Shown here piece after piece: positions 11,501 to 24,873 of a stretch of DNA of 64,000 bases. The notes under the pieces are model-generated. The model saw only the letters and a list, made by a program, of their open reading frames with translations. It ran no database searches and was not told the DNA's origin. The stretch comes from Pelomyxa schiedti. Lineage: Eukaryota > Protista > Evosea. The position numbers and the translations under genes are program-made. Within the stretch, counting starts at the first letter, position 1. Each line of letters begins with the position of its first letter. The DNA lies in NCBI GenBank assembly GCA_020536535.1, contig JAHLWZ010000633.1, positions 1 through 64,000 of the forward strand, given 5' to 3'.

Positions 11501-12211
11501 GATATTGGTGCGTCTGGTACTGAACTTGTTTTGGGATGAGATTCGATTTCACTAACTCTTCATACCAAAACTGTAGTAAATGAGTGTAGGTACACGATTT
11601 TAAAGAAGAGGACCTCTTCCATTATTTTCAAACTTTGAACATAATCTTCTTCTAAATGGCTTAAATGTCAAACAGGAGAATGGAAAGAGGGAAAAACCTG
11701 TAGAACACAACTCTTCAACTACTGCTTTTCTGTGCCTGGCAATTTCAATAACTTCCACAGCTTTACTGAGTGCCTCAACTTCAGGCTTTAAGAACTGGTC
11801 TATTGATAATTTGACACCCTCTGCAAGTTTCTCACTAAGGCTCGTCAGATTCTCCAGCTTTTCCGAGCTTGGGTCTTCCACTGTGAACTTTGGTATATCT
11901 TGTGAGTGGCATTTTCACAATGAAGTATTCCAAGAGCCAAAATCAAAAATGTGAACCTCAGAAGTAACTGCTAGCAGCTGTGCAATTACGGGAGGAATGC
12001 ACTCATCAACTAGCGAGGAAATTCGAGACATCAGAGCTTCCTTTCTGAAGGTGAGATCTCCACAACGAAGGGAAAACCGTGGTTCCCGTAATACAGAACT
12101 ACAACACAAACGTACCTTCACAACGTAGATCCTGGAACATTTGTTGCAACGGCACGAATACGACACCGTAACCACGTTATTCCCACCCTCACAACCACCA
12201 CACGCTTGCAT
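8506..12211 (-). CDS. Dbl-homology (DH-PH) RhoGEF with long Q/P/H-rich C-terminal tail
   Basis: RHRKAVVEELCSTE; VRGLELSNYLIKPTQRITKYPLLLQDLYKHT; DYGNLESAIAQMRKMLTTINE; 595-aa low-complexity last exon. Confidence 0.88.
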
Positions 12212-12419
12212 CGTTATTTTTGTTGATTTGTTCGTTGTTTCTTATAAGTGTCTGTTCCTGCCGGCCCAGATCTCAATGTGATATCCCTTGGCTGTTAGCT
12301 GCCGCAGAACTTGAACTTCGCAAGTGATGTCGTCCACTCCTCATTGGACCAGTCTCATGTCAATTGCCTTGTTATGATCATTTTCCGATAACCTCATTTC
12401 GACACGAAAACCACAAGCG

Positions 12420-13010
12420 ATGGCTGGCCGCGCACGAAGTCCCCTGCTCGAGGACCGCGAACGAGACAGAGACCGGGACCGAGACAGGGACCGCGACCGT
12501 GCCCGGGAGCGAGATCGTGAGCGCGACCGCGAGCGCGACAGGGACCGCGAGCGAAGAGACAGGAGCCGGGAGCGGGAGCGAGACCGGGACCGCGAGCGCG
12601 ATCGTGATAGGGACAGGGACCGAGACAGGGAAAGGGAGCGAGACCGCTCCTCCAGCGCAGCGGCCAGGGCCCGTAGCGGCGCCGCGTCACCCCCGCTCCT
12701 TTTCCCCTTGCCCCCCACCCCCGGCTTCTTCGCGCCCGCCACGGCGATGGCGATGGCGATGGCACCCCAGACGCCTATGTCCCCCCCCATGGCCGCTGCT
12801 CCCGCAGTCCCAGCCAGTGGTGCCACCCCCAATCTCATAATCCCAACCACCCCCAACAACAACGCGCGTGGCGTAGTGCCTCCTCCCCCAGTTCCCCCGC
12901 CTCCGCCTCCCCCTGGCCCCGCGCCTCCCCCGCCGTCGCCGGCGCCCGCTCCGGCAGCCGCGGCGTCAACGCTCACAACTGCACCCACACCCGTGGTGCC
13001 CGCGGCCCCG

Positions 13011-13042
<32 letters not shown>

Positions 13043-16000
13043 TTTTTTTTTTTGCTTAGTCTTTTAAAGTTGTTTCATATTCCAGTGAACCTGATGATGA
13101 TCTCAGTTCTGTATCCAAAGACAAACCTCAATTACACTTCCAAGTACGTTCGATCCTAGAGATTTTCTTTACCCTGGAAATTAGCTATCTGTGAGTGGAG
13201 TTGGAATGGAAATAGTAACTTCTACCAAACGGCAACCAATTCTTAAACCTGTGGACCTCTCTGCCGAGGTATTCTTTCTTTAGGAATTTTCTTTCCGAGT
13301 TGGTAATCTTATTTCAGCTTCTCGTAAATGACTGGCAAATGCTTCTTGCAGCTGTAAAATCCAAGTTTAAACTTGTATTTTCAACTACAACTTTAATCCA
13401 CCTAATTTTGGAAGACGCCAGAAATGGATGCCATCTCTTTAGAGGGGACAGTGAGATCGTCACCTATTGAGGTCCAACTTTCTCAACTAAGGTATAACTT
13501 CTACACCGCATGAACACTTCTTTCTCACATTTCTCAGTTTCTGTTGGGGAGTTAACTTGGTGGAATTCTTTGATTGGCTTTTGAGGCTTGTAAAGTCGAA
13601 AAAAAAGCCAAAGTCACTAGCACCCTCTCTGCAACAATCTCTAGTTTTAGCACCTCCAAAACCTACCATCTTTGCAAGGATTCCCTCTATAAAGCGTGTC
13701 CCTTGTTCAATAACAATATAAAAAAATAACAAAAGCCAAATACAGGACAGATATCAAGCTGGAAGTTGGTCAAGCAACAGCAACTGTACAACTTACTCTT
13801 CGTGCACTCACTAAATGCCTAGGTGTGGTTGTACACCGAATGACCGTTTTTAACACTTCAAAGAACATTTGAGTGCATTATCAACTGAGAAACAAGATCT
13901 CAATTCCTTAATTGCTCTCCTTCCTATTCTCCTCAATGAAGATGGTTTTCTTCACATAATAAACTTCTCCCTCACCTTCTCAATAGACAGGTCTGCTGTG
14001 GAATTTGTACTTGCCACGTTCACACTCCACCATATTGATGGTAGTCTAGGCGTTCAACCAATAGATTACCAGCCACCATTTATTGAGGCATCATTTTCTG
14101 TTAAAAATGTCCAGGTATACTTCCCATTTGGCACCATGGATGTAAATCGTTACAGTTCATTCTATATCCATTCCCTTTGAATCCTATGGGGGTAATGCTA
14201 CAAACAACCGTGGGGGGTGAAGTCGGCGCACTTGATGCAGCAGCAGTAGCACTGCCTTCGAGCGTCTCATTCAGGTTCAGCTATTATCTCTACAGGAAAA
14301 ACGAGTACCCACATTTGCGCAGACATGAAATCTCTAGCACTCCGAATCCTAGTAATCCCAATGACATCGATACTGTGCATAAAACACATCTGTATATAAA
14401 TGGAACGCAGTTACAACTGAGTGGCATGGTAGGCAGTTCTGTGCTGAAGTCTGCAAATTCCTTGCGGCGCATTTTTATGCTAGTTTTGGCTGGACAGAGA
14501 GTACGACATGCAGCAATGCGCAAAAGGGCAACTGGAAAGCAAAAAAAGAAATCCAAGAAAGGTATATTCCAATCCAAACCCTTTCGAAAGCCACTCATGA
14601 AACCAAGAGGTCACACTTGAAATTGGTGATTTCTTATTTGCATTGAATGAAATCCTTGCCCAAGATTTTACCTCAAGAATGATTGCTTTGGGTAAATACC
14701 GAGAGCCCAAGTAAATTGATCACCAATTCTAGATTCAAGCACTGCTTCTCTACTCCAGAGCAGTCTCGAGGCATCTCAGCAAATGGGTTTCTTTCATGTA
14801 CTGGGGGGACTCAGCTAACCTACAACAGAAATCCCTGCAAACAATGTCAAAATCCGAGTCATGACAAAAACGCTGGGAGCTCTCAAAGCGTCAAAGTTAC
14901 TTTTTACTGGGGAACTGGATCACCTAAAAACTACGTACATGTAAGTTTTCCTGTGTTTTCCATCTTTCCTGCTTCCCGTCTGTTTCAGAAAGGAAAATGA
15001 AAGTCAGAAAATAAGGATCACACAACTCGAGCGTGACCTTGATGAAATGAAGAATCAACTCATCGCATCAAAGATGTCTGATGTGGATACACAATGCAAA
15101 AACGAAGAGAATAAAAGAAAGGTAACACTGTCGTCACTGCAACTGCTTATCAGGGGAAAAAGATACACCAAATCGATAAAGAATTGCAAGTAGCCAGGCT
15201 GGAAGTCACCAAAAGGGATGAGGAAATTAAGCGACTAAATGCCATACTGTCACATAATAACCCTGCCAGTCTTCTGAAAGCGACTAATGACTCTCTAAGA
15301 CTTATTGCGGACAAGTTAATTTCCCGCTTCTACACTTTGAACTTTACAAATAAAACAGAACTGAATCCGAGAAGAAGGATATCACCTCTAGACTAGAGGC
15401 ACAAACAGCAAGAACAGCAGCCGCTGTAAGCCCATTTCCACATATCCTCCCTTTACTTCTTGAGGGGGAAAAAAAAATCAATCCTTCTACAGGAGAAGAG
15501 AGCGAGTAATGCAGATGCAACTATCTGCCAGTTGAACATTCTTCTTGCTGACAGAGATGCAGAAATTAAAGAAGTTTGTTCTTCCTTCCATTCCTTTCAA
15601 TCTTCTAAATCCCCACTCCCAGTTACGAATACTTCTGGACCATGCCAAACGAACTGCTGAACTTGCATCAGTGAGTGCTTCCACCCTTAAAAAACCCCTA
15701 CAATTCTAGATAACAACAAATTGCAATTGCAATCCTAATTAAAAATGCAGGCCAAACCCGAACCACCCCCAGCCACCACCAACCCCACATCAATTCCCTC
15801 TGAAGAAAAACCCACATTAGCAACACCCACCAAATTACCCACATCCACCCACACAGCAACTGCAAATTTATCCAAAAGTGCCAGTGCATCTTCTCTACCC
15901 CCGGCTACATCAACACCCCTGGCACCAACTACAAACCCAACTATAAGCAATGCATCACTCCGGAAATCTGTGGATTATACCAGGGGTTCCTCATCATCTT

Positions 16001-16116
16001 CCTCATCATCATCTGTAGTACCAACAACAACATCATCTACTGCTGACCAGGATGACACCGTAACCGCCAAGTCCAAGAGGTTATCATTTAGAAAACCCAA
16101 CAAGAAGAATCCCTAG
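12420..16116 (+). CDS. Large hypothetical protein: N-terminal (RD/RE)n and poly-Pro, beta-rich middle, C-terminal coiled coil and S/T-rich tail (possibly two genes joined at the poly-C tract)
   Basis: ORF 12420-13067 (ERDRDRDR..., PPPP), spliceable exons 13069-15650, coiled coil KIRITQLERDLDEMKNQL...RDEEIKRLNA, last exon ending RLSFRKPNKKNP*. Confidence 0.5.
12452..12648 (+). repeat. Coding (GAY/GAR CGN)n dipeptide repeat encoding RD/RE
   Basis: gaccgcgaacgagacagagaccgggacc... degenerate hexamer repeat. Confidence 0.85.
13011..13053. repeat. Poly-C followed by poly-T homopolymer
   Basis: ~32 C then ~11 T; length unreliable. Confidence 0.9.
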
Positions 16117-16357
16117 GACTCAGGGGGCCTATGTGTATCTAAAATCTAAAACCTTACCTTCTTTCTTTCGACTTGTGTCTCATTCGATCCTCAACAAGGA
16201 GAAAATATTTTCGAATGTTCGTGTTCCCCGAAATTCCCCAAACTTTTCCTGCCGCAGTAGCAAAAAAAAAAAAGATTGAAAAGCCGGACAAGGAAGCGAA
16301 AACCATTTTACTACAAAAAACCCCGATCAGCTCTTTGTGAAACAACAACAAAGCACG

Positions 16358-18845
16358 ATGCCGCTCCGCCACTGCCTTAAGATCAGCGATCTCACCAAGG
16401 AGGAGGTAATCTTGATCGTTTTTTTTTTTTCAGCGCTGTGTGGTCCGTTTGCGATGCTGGTGGCGGCACAGTACGCAATATATGCTTATTTTTTCCCTCC
16501 TTTGCCCGTTAGATCTTGGCCGTCCTCGCCAAGTCCATTGACCTCAAGCACAACAAGGAGAAGTACGCCCACGTAATGGATGGACGCACACTCCTCATGC
16601 TTTTCCAAAAGCCTTCACTTCGAACCCGTGTGTCATTCGAGGTACTGAATCTTCCTTATCATCGTGTTGTCTTACGGTGATTTTAGGTTGGAATGACCCA
16701 AATGGGAGGACACGCCATCCACTACAGCATCGCCGATTCACCTCTCGGTGTTAAGGAGACATATGGTGATACTGGCAAAGTAAGAACAAAATGGGTTTCC
16801 CCTTTAGTAAAATTAATACAGGTTCTTTCCCGCTTTGCTGATATTGTTATGGCCCGTGTCAACAAACGTAACGATGTCAGACAACTCGCTGCAAATTCCA
16901 CCATCCCAATCATTAACGCCCTTGATGACTTTGGTTCGGATCAGATTTTCTTGGTTTTAATTGATTAACTCCGTCTTAGCCCACCCATGCCAGATGCTTG
17001 CTGACATGCAAGCCATCATGGAGAAGAAGGGTTGCCTTCAGAAGATTAAAATGGCTTACTGCGGAGATATTCACAACAATGTGACCTATGATCTCATGAG
17101 GTAGCCCTTCTGGTGTGAAAATACTTTCCCTTATCACATACAGGTCCGCAGCCGTCGTTGGCTTTGAGATCCGTGTTGCTGGTCCCCGTGGGGAAGGTTT
17201 TGAGGTTGAACCCGAGGTTTTGGAGGAGTGCGCTACCCTTTGTGCCAAGTCTGGTAGGATTCTTCCATACCTTATCTGTCCTCTAATTTATGGTTTAGGC
17301 GGCCGTGTCATTGTCTGTGAGACAGCTGTGGAAGCTGTCACCGGTGTTGACGTTGTCTACGCTGATTCTTGGATGTCCTATGGTATCCCAAAAGAGGCAG
17401 AAGAGGCCCGAAGGAGAATGTTTCTCCCCTTCCAAGTGACTGCTGAGCTCATGACCCATGCTAAGCCCGACGCCATCTTCATGAACTGCCTCCCCGCAAT
17501 GAGGGGTGCTGAGATGACCGCCGAAGTTATTGACGGACCCCAGAGCATTGTCTTTGATGAAGCAGAAAACAGGCTTCACACGTGAGCATTTTCCTGTGTT
17601 ATCCTTAGTCTGACACCCTACAGATGCAAGGCCCTCATGCTCTTCCTACTTGGAATTGGAGGTTTTGAGCCCACCCCTTGTGTCTGCACATGCCCATCAG
17701 CAGCCAAGCCAGCAAGGATGGGAAAAATCCTTATTGCTCTGGGAGGCAATGCTTTGATGAAGTCTGGTCAGAAAGGCACTTATGAAGAGCAAATGGAGAA
17801 CGCCATGGTCACTTGCCATCAACTTGTTAAGCTTATCAAGCGTGGCTACGACCTCGTTATTACCCACGGCAACGGTCCCCAGGTTGGAGCAATCAAGCTT
17901 CAAAATCAAATCGCAGCAGACAAGGTTCCCGAGATGAACTTGAACGTTTGTGGAGCGGAGAGTCAGGGATTCCTTGGCTATCTTCTTCAACAATGCCTTC
18001 AGAACAGTATTCCTCCTTCCCAATCTCCTTTCCGTTCTGACCGTTAAACAGTTTTCCTGGCTGAGGGAATCCACAAGGACGTTGCCACAATTGTTACCCA
18101 AGTTGTAGTTGGCAGCGAAGATCCCGCTTTCCGCAATCCAACCAAACCAATCGGAAGGTTTGTTTGTACCAAACTTTAGTACCCCGTTCTTACCGCATTG
18201 TGCAGGTTCTTCACTGCCCAGGAGGCAGAAGTCCTTAGGGCGCAAGGCAAAACCGTTGTAGAGGATAGTGGCAGGGGCTACAGAGTTGTTGTCCCATCTC
18301 CCATGCCTCTCGAAATTGTTGAGGGCAACTCGATCAAGACTCTCATCAATGCAGGGTATTCAAATGCACTGACCACGTATTTCGCACCTAATACTCACGT
18401 AGAGCTGTAGTCATCAGCGTTGGAGGAGGTGGCATCCCTGTTATCCGCAAGCCCTCTGGCGAGCTCACCGGTGTTGAAGCCGTTATTGGTACGGTTCACC
18501 TCTACTTGCTACATTCCATAATTTTTTTTTTCAGACAAGGACCTTGGTGGGTCAGTCCTTGCCGACCTCATTGGAGCAGACACCTTCATGATCCTCACTG
18601 ACGTCGAATGCGCCTACGTAGACTACCGCGGACCCAACAAGCGAGCACTTCCCAAGTTGACCGTTGCTGAAGCCCAGACACTCTTTGAGGCCAACGAGTT
18701 TGCCAAGGGCAGCATGGGACCCAAGGTACAGGCAGCCATCAAGTTCGCCAAGACAACAGGACGCCCTGCAATCATCACTGCTCTGGACAAGGTCCTTGAT
18801 GCCCTTGATGGAACTGCTGGCACCCGCGTCGTTTCTGGTCTTTAA
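16358..18845 (+). CDS. Ornithine transcarbamylase (catabolic, Giardia-type) - carbamate kinase fusion protein
   Basis: OTC motifs [59 protein letters not shown]; after intron 17582-17623 the frame reads without stop into CK motifs [60 protein letters not shown]. Confidence 0.95.
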
Positions 18846-19150
18846 AGCCCTAAAATAAGCCTTTTCTATGCCACTTCTCTTGTGAATCGTGTTTCTCTGT
18901 CACTGGGCTTTGGGAAATGCTCCCTCGGCTGCAGTGGTTTCTTTTACTGGGAGGTCGCCCAAACAACCAAGAACAGCTACTGAGCAATGTAAGGGAACCT
19001 ATGACCTTGCTTAGGAGTCAGACGAATCGTTTCGGTCCGTACAAGTCAGGATTCTTTTCTGCTAGTTTTCCCTGGTTGTGATGGTTTAGCAGAACAACCG
19101 TACGAAAGCAACAATTAAAAAAAAAAAAAGAACCAATAGGCACTACTACT

Positions 19151-19976
19151 ATGGTGCGTACGATTTGCAATTTGTTATTTTCTATGTGTTAATTTGTTGA
19201 GGATGGGTTGTAATTTCTCACTGTAACATAAAACAATGTTTAGGCCAGCAAATTCAGCGAGGAAAAAATAGCCGAGCTTAAGGAGGCGTTCCTTGTATTT
19301 GACAAGGACGGTGATGGCACAATAACAATTACGGAATTAGGGGGCGTTATGGAGTCTATTGGTATTAACCCCTTTGCGTTCTCTCTTTATAATATTATAT
19401 GATATATCACTTCTACCTGTTTCATCGCCGTTTCCTTTTTTTTTTTTTTGTTTCCCTGCCGGGTATGTAATGGAATTTCAGGACAGAAAGTGACCGAGGC
19501 AGACCTACATGATATGATTAGCTCAGTTGATGCAAGTTGCTTTGCGACTAATATTTACAGTGTTAACTAACCACCACAAGATAACAACGGGACTATCGAC
19601 TTTGAGGAATTCCTTTCACTAATGTCCCAGCAGACGGAACAGTCACCTGCTGACGAACTCCGCGACGCCTTCAAAGCATGACTACAATTACCCCAATACT
19701 CACTCTAATATTCTGCAGGTCTTTGATTTGAACGGTGATGGGCAAATATCCCTAGATGAACTTCGCCAAGTAGCTTCCAAACCTCTTTATCTCTAAAATT
19801 CAATAGCTACTACTATTTGCACTAGAACGTTCTAACAACACAACATAAAACAGGTAATGCAACGCTTGGGACGAACCCTCAGCGAACCTGAGTTGTTGGA
19901 TATGATCAAGGAAGCCGACGCAGACCATGACGGGCAGATAAACTTTGAAGAATTCCAAAAGATGATGAATCCATAA
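19151..19976 (+). CDS. Calmodulin-like protein (4 EF-hands)
   Basis: ATG|gt first exon; [65 protein letters not shown]; includes GC-AG intron 19676-19718. Confidence 0.92.
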
Positions 19977-20041
19977 ACACAAGGTTTCAGAAAAAAAAAT
20001 GTGGCAGTTTATGGAGACGCAGTTATGTCTTGGGGTGTATT

Positions 20042-21954
20042 TTATTGTCCATCATCTGGTTGATAAAATTCCGGAATCCGCATCTTTTGGAATTCTTCCA
20101 AGTCATTCACAGTTCCTTGAAGATCGTTGACTGAGTTTCTCTCACTATAAACCATCTAGAGACACACCAGTCGGCGAGGGTCCTGGGCCCGCACCTCGTC
20201 AATTGTGGGACTCCTGGGTCTGTTTCCTGTGGTACTGTACATGAATGGTAGAAAGCCGACCCATCCTAGGTCCACCTTTGGGATCATGTTTCTTGCAAGA
20301 CACACATGACAAGAAACAACTTCAAGTGATTGATGGAGCACCAACCCATTGTACCTGGTTTGACTCTCCAAGCAACCTCTCTTGTGGCGATGAAGGTGTC
20401 AATTTGCCCCCAGAAGCCACCTTTCTTGTGAACGTCATCAATTACAAAAGGGATGTTGTACAAAAAAAAAAACAAAAAGGCATGTTGTTATCTACTTCGA
20501 GTTGAAGATAGAGGGAAAGGTGTCAGAGCAGCAAGGATGGAGAAGAAAAGGAGGCCCGCAGTGGCATTGGTGTGTTGTGAGAGTCATCAGTTGAGAGTGG
20601 TTGGACTTGGTGGGAGACTGCAGTTGTTGGGGATGTGTTGGGCACGACCGCTGTTGCCGTGGCTGTGGTGCTTGTTGAATTGATGAAAGAAGCTGGTGCA
20701 AATGCAAAAAAGTCTTCATCAGCAGGGAAGAAGCCACCTCCACCAGGCGGAGACGAAACGGTCACCGCTGGCGCGTGAGTCTCAGTAAGATCGAGTGCAC
20801 TTGGTTGAGGTTCCCCATGGTATTCAATATGATTCTGGGGGTTATTTATTTCCTTTTTGTTTGATAGGCACACAGACCTTTCTTCGAGATGGAATCGCTC
20901 GTGTTGCACTCGTTGTGAATGGATTGATGTCCATACTACTGTCATTGGAGGTTGTGGGTTGTTGGTGTATCGGAGTGATGTGCGTGAAGTCATTCATAAG
21001 AATGGTGGATATCGGAACTGTCCCACATGGAGATGAAGAAAGTGCCCCATGTCCAACACTGCCAACAACACACGGTGTAATATTATTAGCAGCTCCCCCT
21101 TCTTCTCTAATGTGATGGTGATCTATTATTTCATTTTTTTAGTTTTCTTTCTTGTGCTTTTGTCGTAGGTACATACTTGTTGCAGAGGGGTGTGCAATTG
21201 GTTGTTGTGTCGAGCTATGCTACGCAATGAAGTTAAATTCGTGTCCGAACTTAAAACAATGAAAGCCATACAGGTGTAGGATATACAGTGTGATTAGTGG
21301 TAGGTCTTGGCTGTGAGACAGCTGGGCCATTCGAATGGGAACCGTGTGAGAGTGAGGAACTCACTGCAGGTGCAGAAGTTCCTAAGATTTTCGAGGAGCT
21401 TGACTTTGCTTGCAGCGACAACATTGTATGAGTCCATTGTTGACGCTGTTCTACGCTCACACATTTGAATCTGGATAAAGTTTAAGATTGGCTTGCAATT
21501 AATAGGTGGCCCCACTTGTAATTCGATTGATCGCATATTACAATGAATGACTTCGTACTCTTTGAAGATTTCGCAGGTTTTACAGTGATTTTGGAGAGTT
21601 CAAGGGCAACACTAGGCTGAGCGTCCTTTTTCGGGAGTTGAGCCAAAGGGGGGGGGGTAAAAACACCATAACGTACTTGGTAGTCTCTAAACCAAGCAAA
21701 ATAATGTGGGTACAATGCACACCACTTGGGACTGTAAGTCGCAAGTGTCTTATTTATCAAATGAGTCACGGCAATAAAACAACATCGAAACCTTTTTATG
21801 CAACCAACCAATCAATACAGGTAGCTCTTTCTTCTTGGGTGCAGGCTCTTCCGCGGATCTCACCTCTGTAGTATTTTTTTTTTTATTATTATTATTTAAT
21901 ATTAGTTTAGCTTGTTTGGCACAAACGAATCGACGAGTAGGGGATTGACTTCAT
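20042..21954 (-). CDS. PH-domain protein with low-complexity C-terminal region
   Basis: Spliced N-terminus LIGWLHKKTLATYSPKWCALYPHYFAWFRDYQDAQPSVALELSKITV...SFIVICDQSNYKFKCVSVEQRQQWTHTM fits PH consensus; 3' end approximate. Confidence 0.72.
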
Positions 21955-22169
21955 TCAGGAGGGAAGACACAGTACTAAGAAGAGGGGCATGCATGTTTCG
22001 CTCTTGGTCGTATGTTTTGTTGTTTTCTGTGTTTTATTTGTTTCATTACCGCTGATTGATTTCCGAGCCCACGGGAGATCGCTGGAAACGTTTAATTTTG
22101 GTTTACGGGTAAGATCAAACATCAACACGTTGCGAGAAAGTACAAAACCAGCTTTTCTCCTTGCGCTTT

Positions 22170-24873
22170 TTACTCGATGGTGATGTGATCCTGGCCGAGG
22201 GAGAACCTGCCGTTGAGCACAACTTGGAGAGTGAATGGCGGAGGGAGTTTGTCAGGGAGCTCCAGGATCAGAATGGTGTCAGAGAGGCAGAAGGTTGGGT
22301 CACAGACATGAGGTGCACTGCTGGTCACTGCCGGTCCTTGCCAAAGCAGGACAAACACGGCATCGGAGAAACCACATCCAAGGAGGGCGACGGTGTTTGT
22401 GTAGGGCGGAGGGAGCCTCCTGCCGGCAAATAGAAAGTGATCTAGGAAGGAATTAGACGCGGCGGCTACTACTTACTGTAGTTTGGGAACCACTAACCTC
22501 CTTTTTGTTGTTGCTCGGCTTTGGAGGCGAAGTGTGCCTTAATGTGGTCTTCAGTAATAATTTCGGGCGAGGGCTGATCTGTGTGGATATTAGCGTCTAT
22601 CACTCTATGTCATGCATACTTGGATGGTTGTCGGATGCATTTCCAATTACGACTGACAATGCTGACTTGGATTTAACACAGGCGTCTAACACGTCAGATG
22701 ATTTGGCGTTGGTGAAAAGTCCTTTTCAAAGAAGGTTAGATTTTTCCACACATAGGAAATACCTTTTAACGCAAGGTACTGCAGTTTGGAAGTCTTGATT
22801 AAGTCTAATATTTCCTGCGAATCCAAAAGACATTTATTTCCTGGTTAATGGTTACTTTTGCATATTCTGTTATGCCTACCTGACAAGTCAAGGTGAAGCA
22901 ATGATGACGCATGTATTGGACTACAAATGTCTCCTCGTGGCTCAGTATTTGTTATAGCTCCTATTCTAACATGAGACAAACCAAAGGAAAAACGGGTAAA
23001 AAACTTGATAGATTGAGGCGTTGAAGCTTTTTATTTTCCAAGAGTGGCACAACAGATTCGGCAGTAAAATTGTTTCCTAGGTTGTTGATTGGAAGAATTT
23101 CAGAGTTCTTTACAAAAACAAACTGCTTAATCTTAGAGCTAACAAGGTAGGATTCCTGTCCAGTCCCCGGCACAAATACCCTAATCCAGGGCAGCTTGAC
23201 CCTAGCGACATTTTAGTTTTACTCATACGAAGAAAATCATAAAGCACTGGGTGCCTACCTGCTCCACTTAGGTTTAATTCCCATAGTGTTCTATTCAAAG
23301 CGAAAGTAGAAGCAAGTGCTTGTAGTCCCTCGTCCGCGATTCCCTTATTTTCTTTTGAAGTTGGTTGATTTCAAAGTGTACATGAAAAGACCATTGAGAG
23401 TGAGACTCAACAGCGAGGTGTTTGAAATTAGAGCCATTGCCAAAGTTGTAACACCCGAAGTAGTAAGGAGATTTCCTTCAATACAGTTACTTTTTTTCGG
23501 AAATTTGAGTGGTACCTTCCAGATCCAAGTGTGCAATTGTTACTGTTGTTATACTGAGTGTGGACGCGATGGACTTGGCACCGACATCGCCAATTTTATT
23601 GTCTATCACAAATTAGGAAACTCAAAACAACTTTAGCAGAGGGAATACAAGCTAAGTCGAGTTGAAGTAGTGGCACTTTCCCAACTTTGACAGCTTCTGA
23701 TATCATTTGGGCTCCGGCATCACCAATAGAATTGCCTGAGGGATTTAAGATGGAGATGCGCTTGGCAACACTTACCTCGAAGGATTAAATGCACCAACGA
23801 GTTGCTTAACTGCAAACCGTGGAAAAGAGAGGCAGCACTCAGCAAGCCGATATCTGTAATTGCTATAAAAGGACCTACCTTTTTCAGGGGCAAGAGAACC
23901 TATCAATATCAAACTCCTGAGTCTAACAAAGTGCTTCAAAATGGCTTTTAGCCCTGTGGCCTCGGATTTTTCAGATCCAATTCGCTTATTTTCTTAATAA
24001 GTGAATGAGATTTCAGTGTGCAAGGAAATATGCGAGCCATTGTTGCCTAATGTGATGTGGAGGCCTACTACTCAAATCGAGGTGCACAAGATTTGACATG
24101 TTCGTCTTCGCGATTCTTTTAACGCCATTGGCCTCTAGACCCGTTGCTACAGCTATTAGACAAAAGAGAAAAGAAGAGGGTGAAATGTTTAAACAAGTAA
24201 GTACCTGCAAGACTTAAGTACATTAAATTGACATTGTGTTGCAACCCGTAGGCCAGCCATTCAACCCCTGCTGTTGTGCATATCTCATTCCCTGTAATCA
24301 AATGAGCTTCAAAGAAGACACGTATTTGTTGATTCTCAATAGTCTCATACTGCTGAGGTCCAGGCTGGTCAATGGACAACTTGGGTCAACGAGAGTGATA
24401 GCTATGTACATCGCGTGCACATCACTCAACCCACAATGAGACAGCGTCGCATGCTGCGCCACAGTACAAAACGCACAATTGGGTGCCGCTGTCCCAGAGG
24501 AAGCTGCAACACAAGTCCCATTTAATGAGGGAGCGTACGACGAAGAAGACGAAGGAGAAGGAGATGATGATGACGGCGATGGAGGCGGCAGTGCCGAGCG
24601 CGAGCCGGACAAAGACGACGACGACGCTGCGGCGGCTGCGGCGGATGAGCACTCCTGGCACGACGACACGTGGCGGTCGTTGAGCAACGCCTTCACCACG
24701 TCGCCGGGGCTCATCGTCGGACGCGCGCTGAGGGACGAGGGCGGGGCCGAGGGCGACGACGACGTCGAAGGCGGGACGGCTACGTGTATGGGCGGCATGT
24801 GCGCAACACGCACATTGGTAAGTGAAGATCTGGGAGGGCTGTTGTTGTGCGGGTGTCGTTTACGGTGAAACAT
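22170..24873 (-). CDS. RNI-like leucine-rich repeat protein (NLRC3/CARMIL-type LRRs)
   Basis: Repeated exons: LTSLDLS, LAYGLQHNVNLMYLSLAG, LAMALISNTSLLSLTLNG, LNRTLWELNLSG, GLDRNPTLLALRL, KKLQRLNLS. Confidence 0.82.

Noticed and set aside
12341-12988. Minus-strand ORF with SR repeats resembling an SR splicing factor
   Set aside because: Antisense shadow of the + strand RD/RE repeat; no RRM, and the + strand ORF has a proper ATG divergent from the RhoGEF
16358-17580. N-acetyl/N-succinylornithine transcarbamylase because of the SLRT motif
   Set aside because: MNCLP, GDxxNNV and DSWMSY fit the Giardia-type OTC, and fusion to carbamate kinase points to arginine catabolism
24479-24868. Acidic + strand ORF (DEEDEGEGDDDD)
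   Set aside because: Antisense of the Ser-rich first exon of the LRR gene
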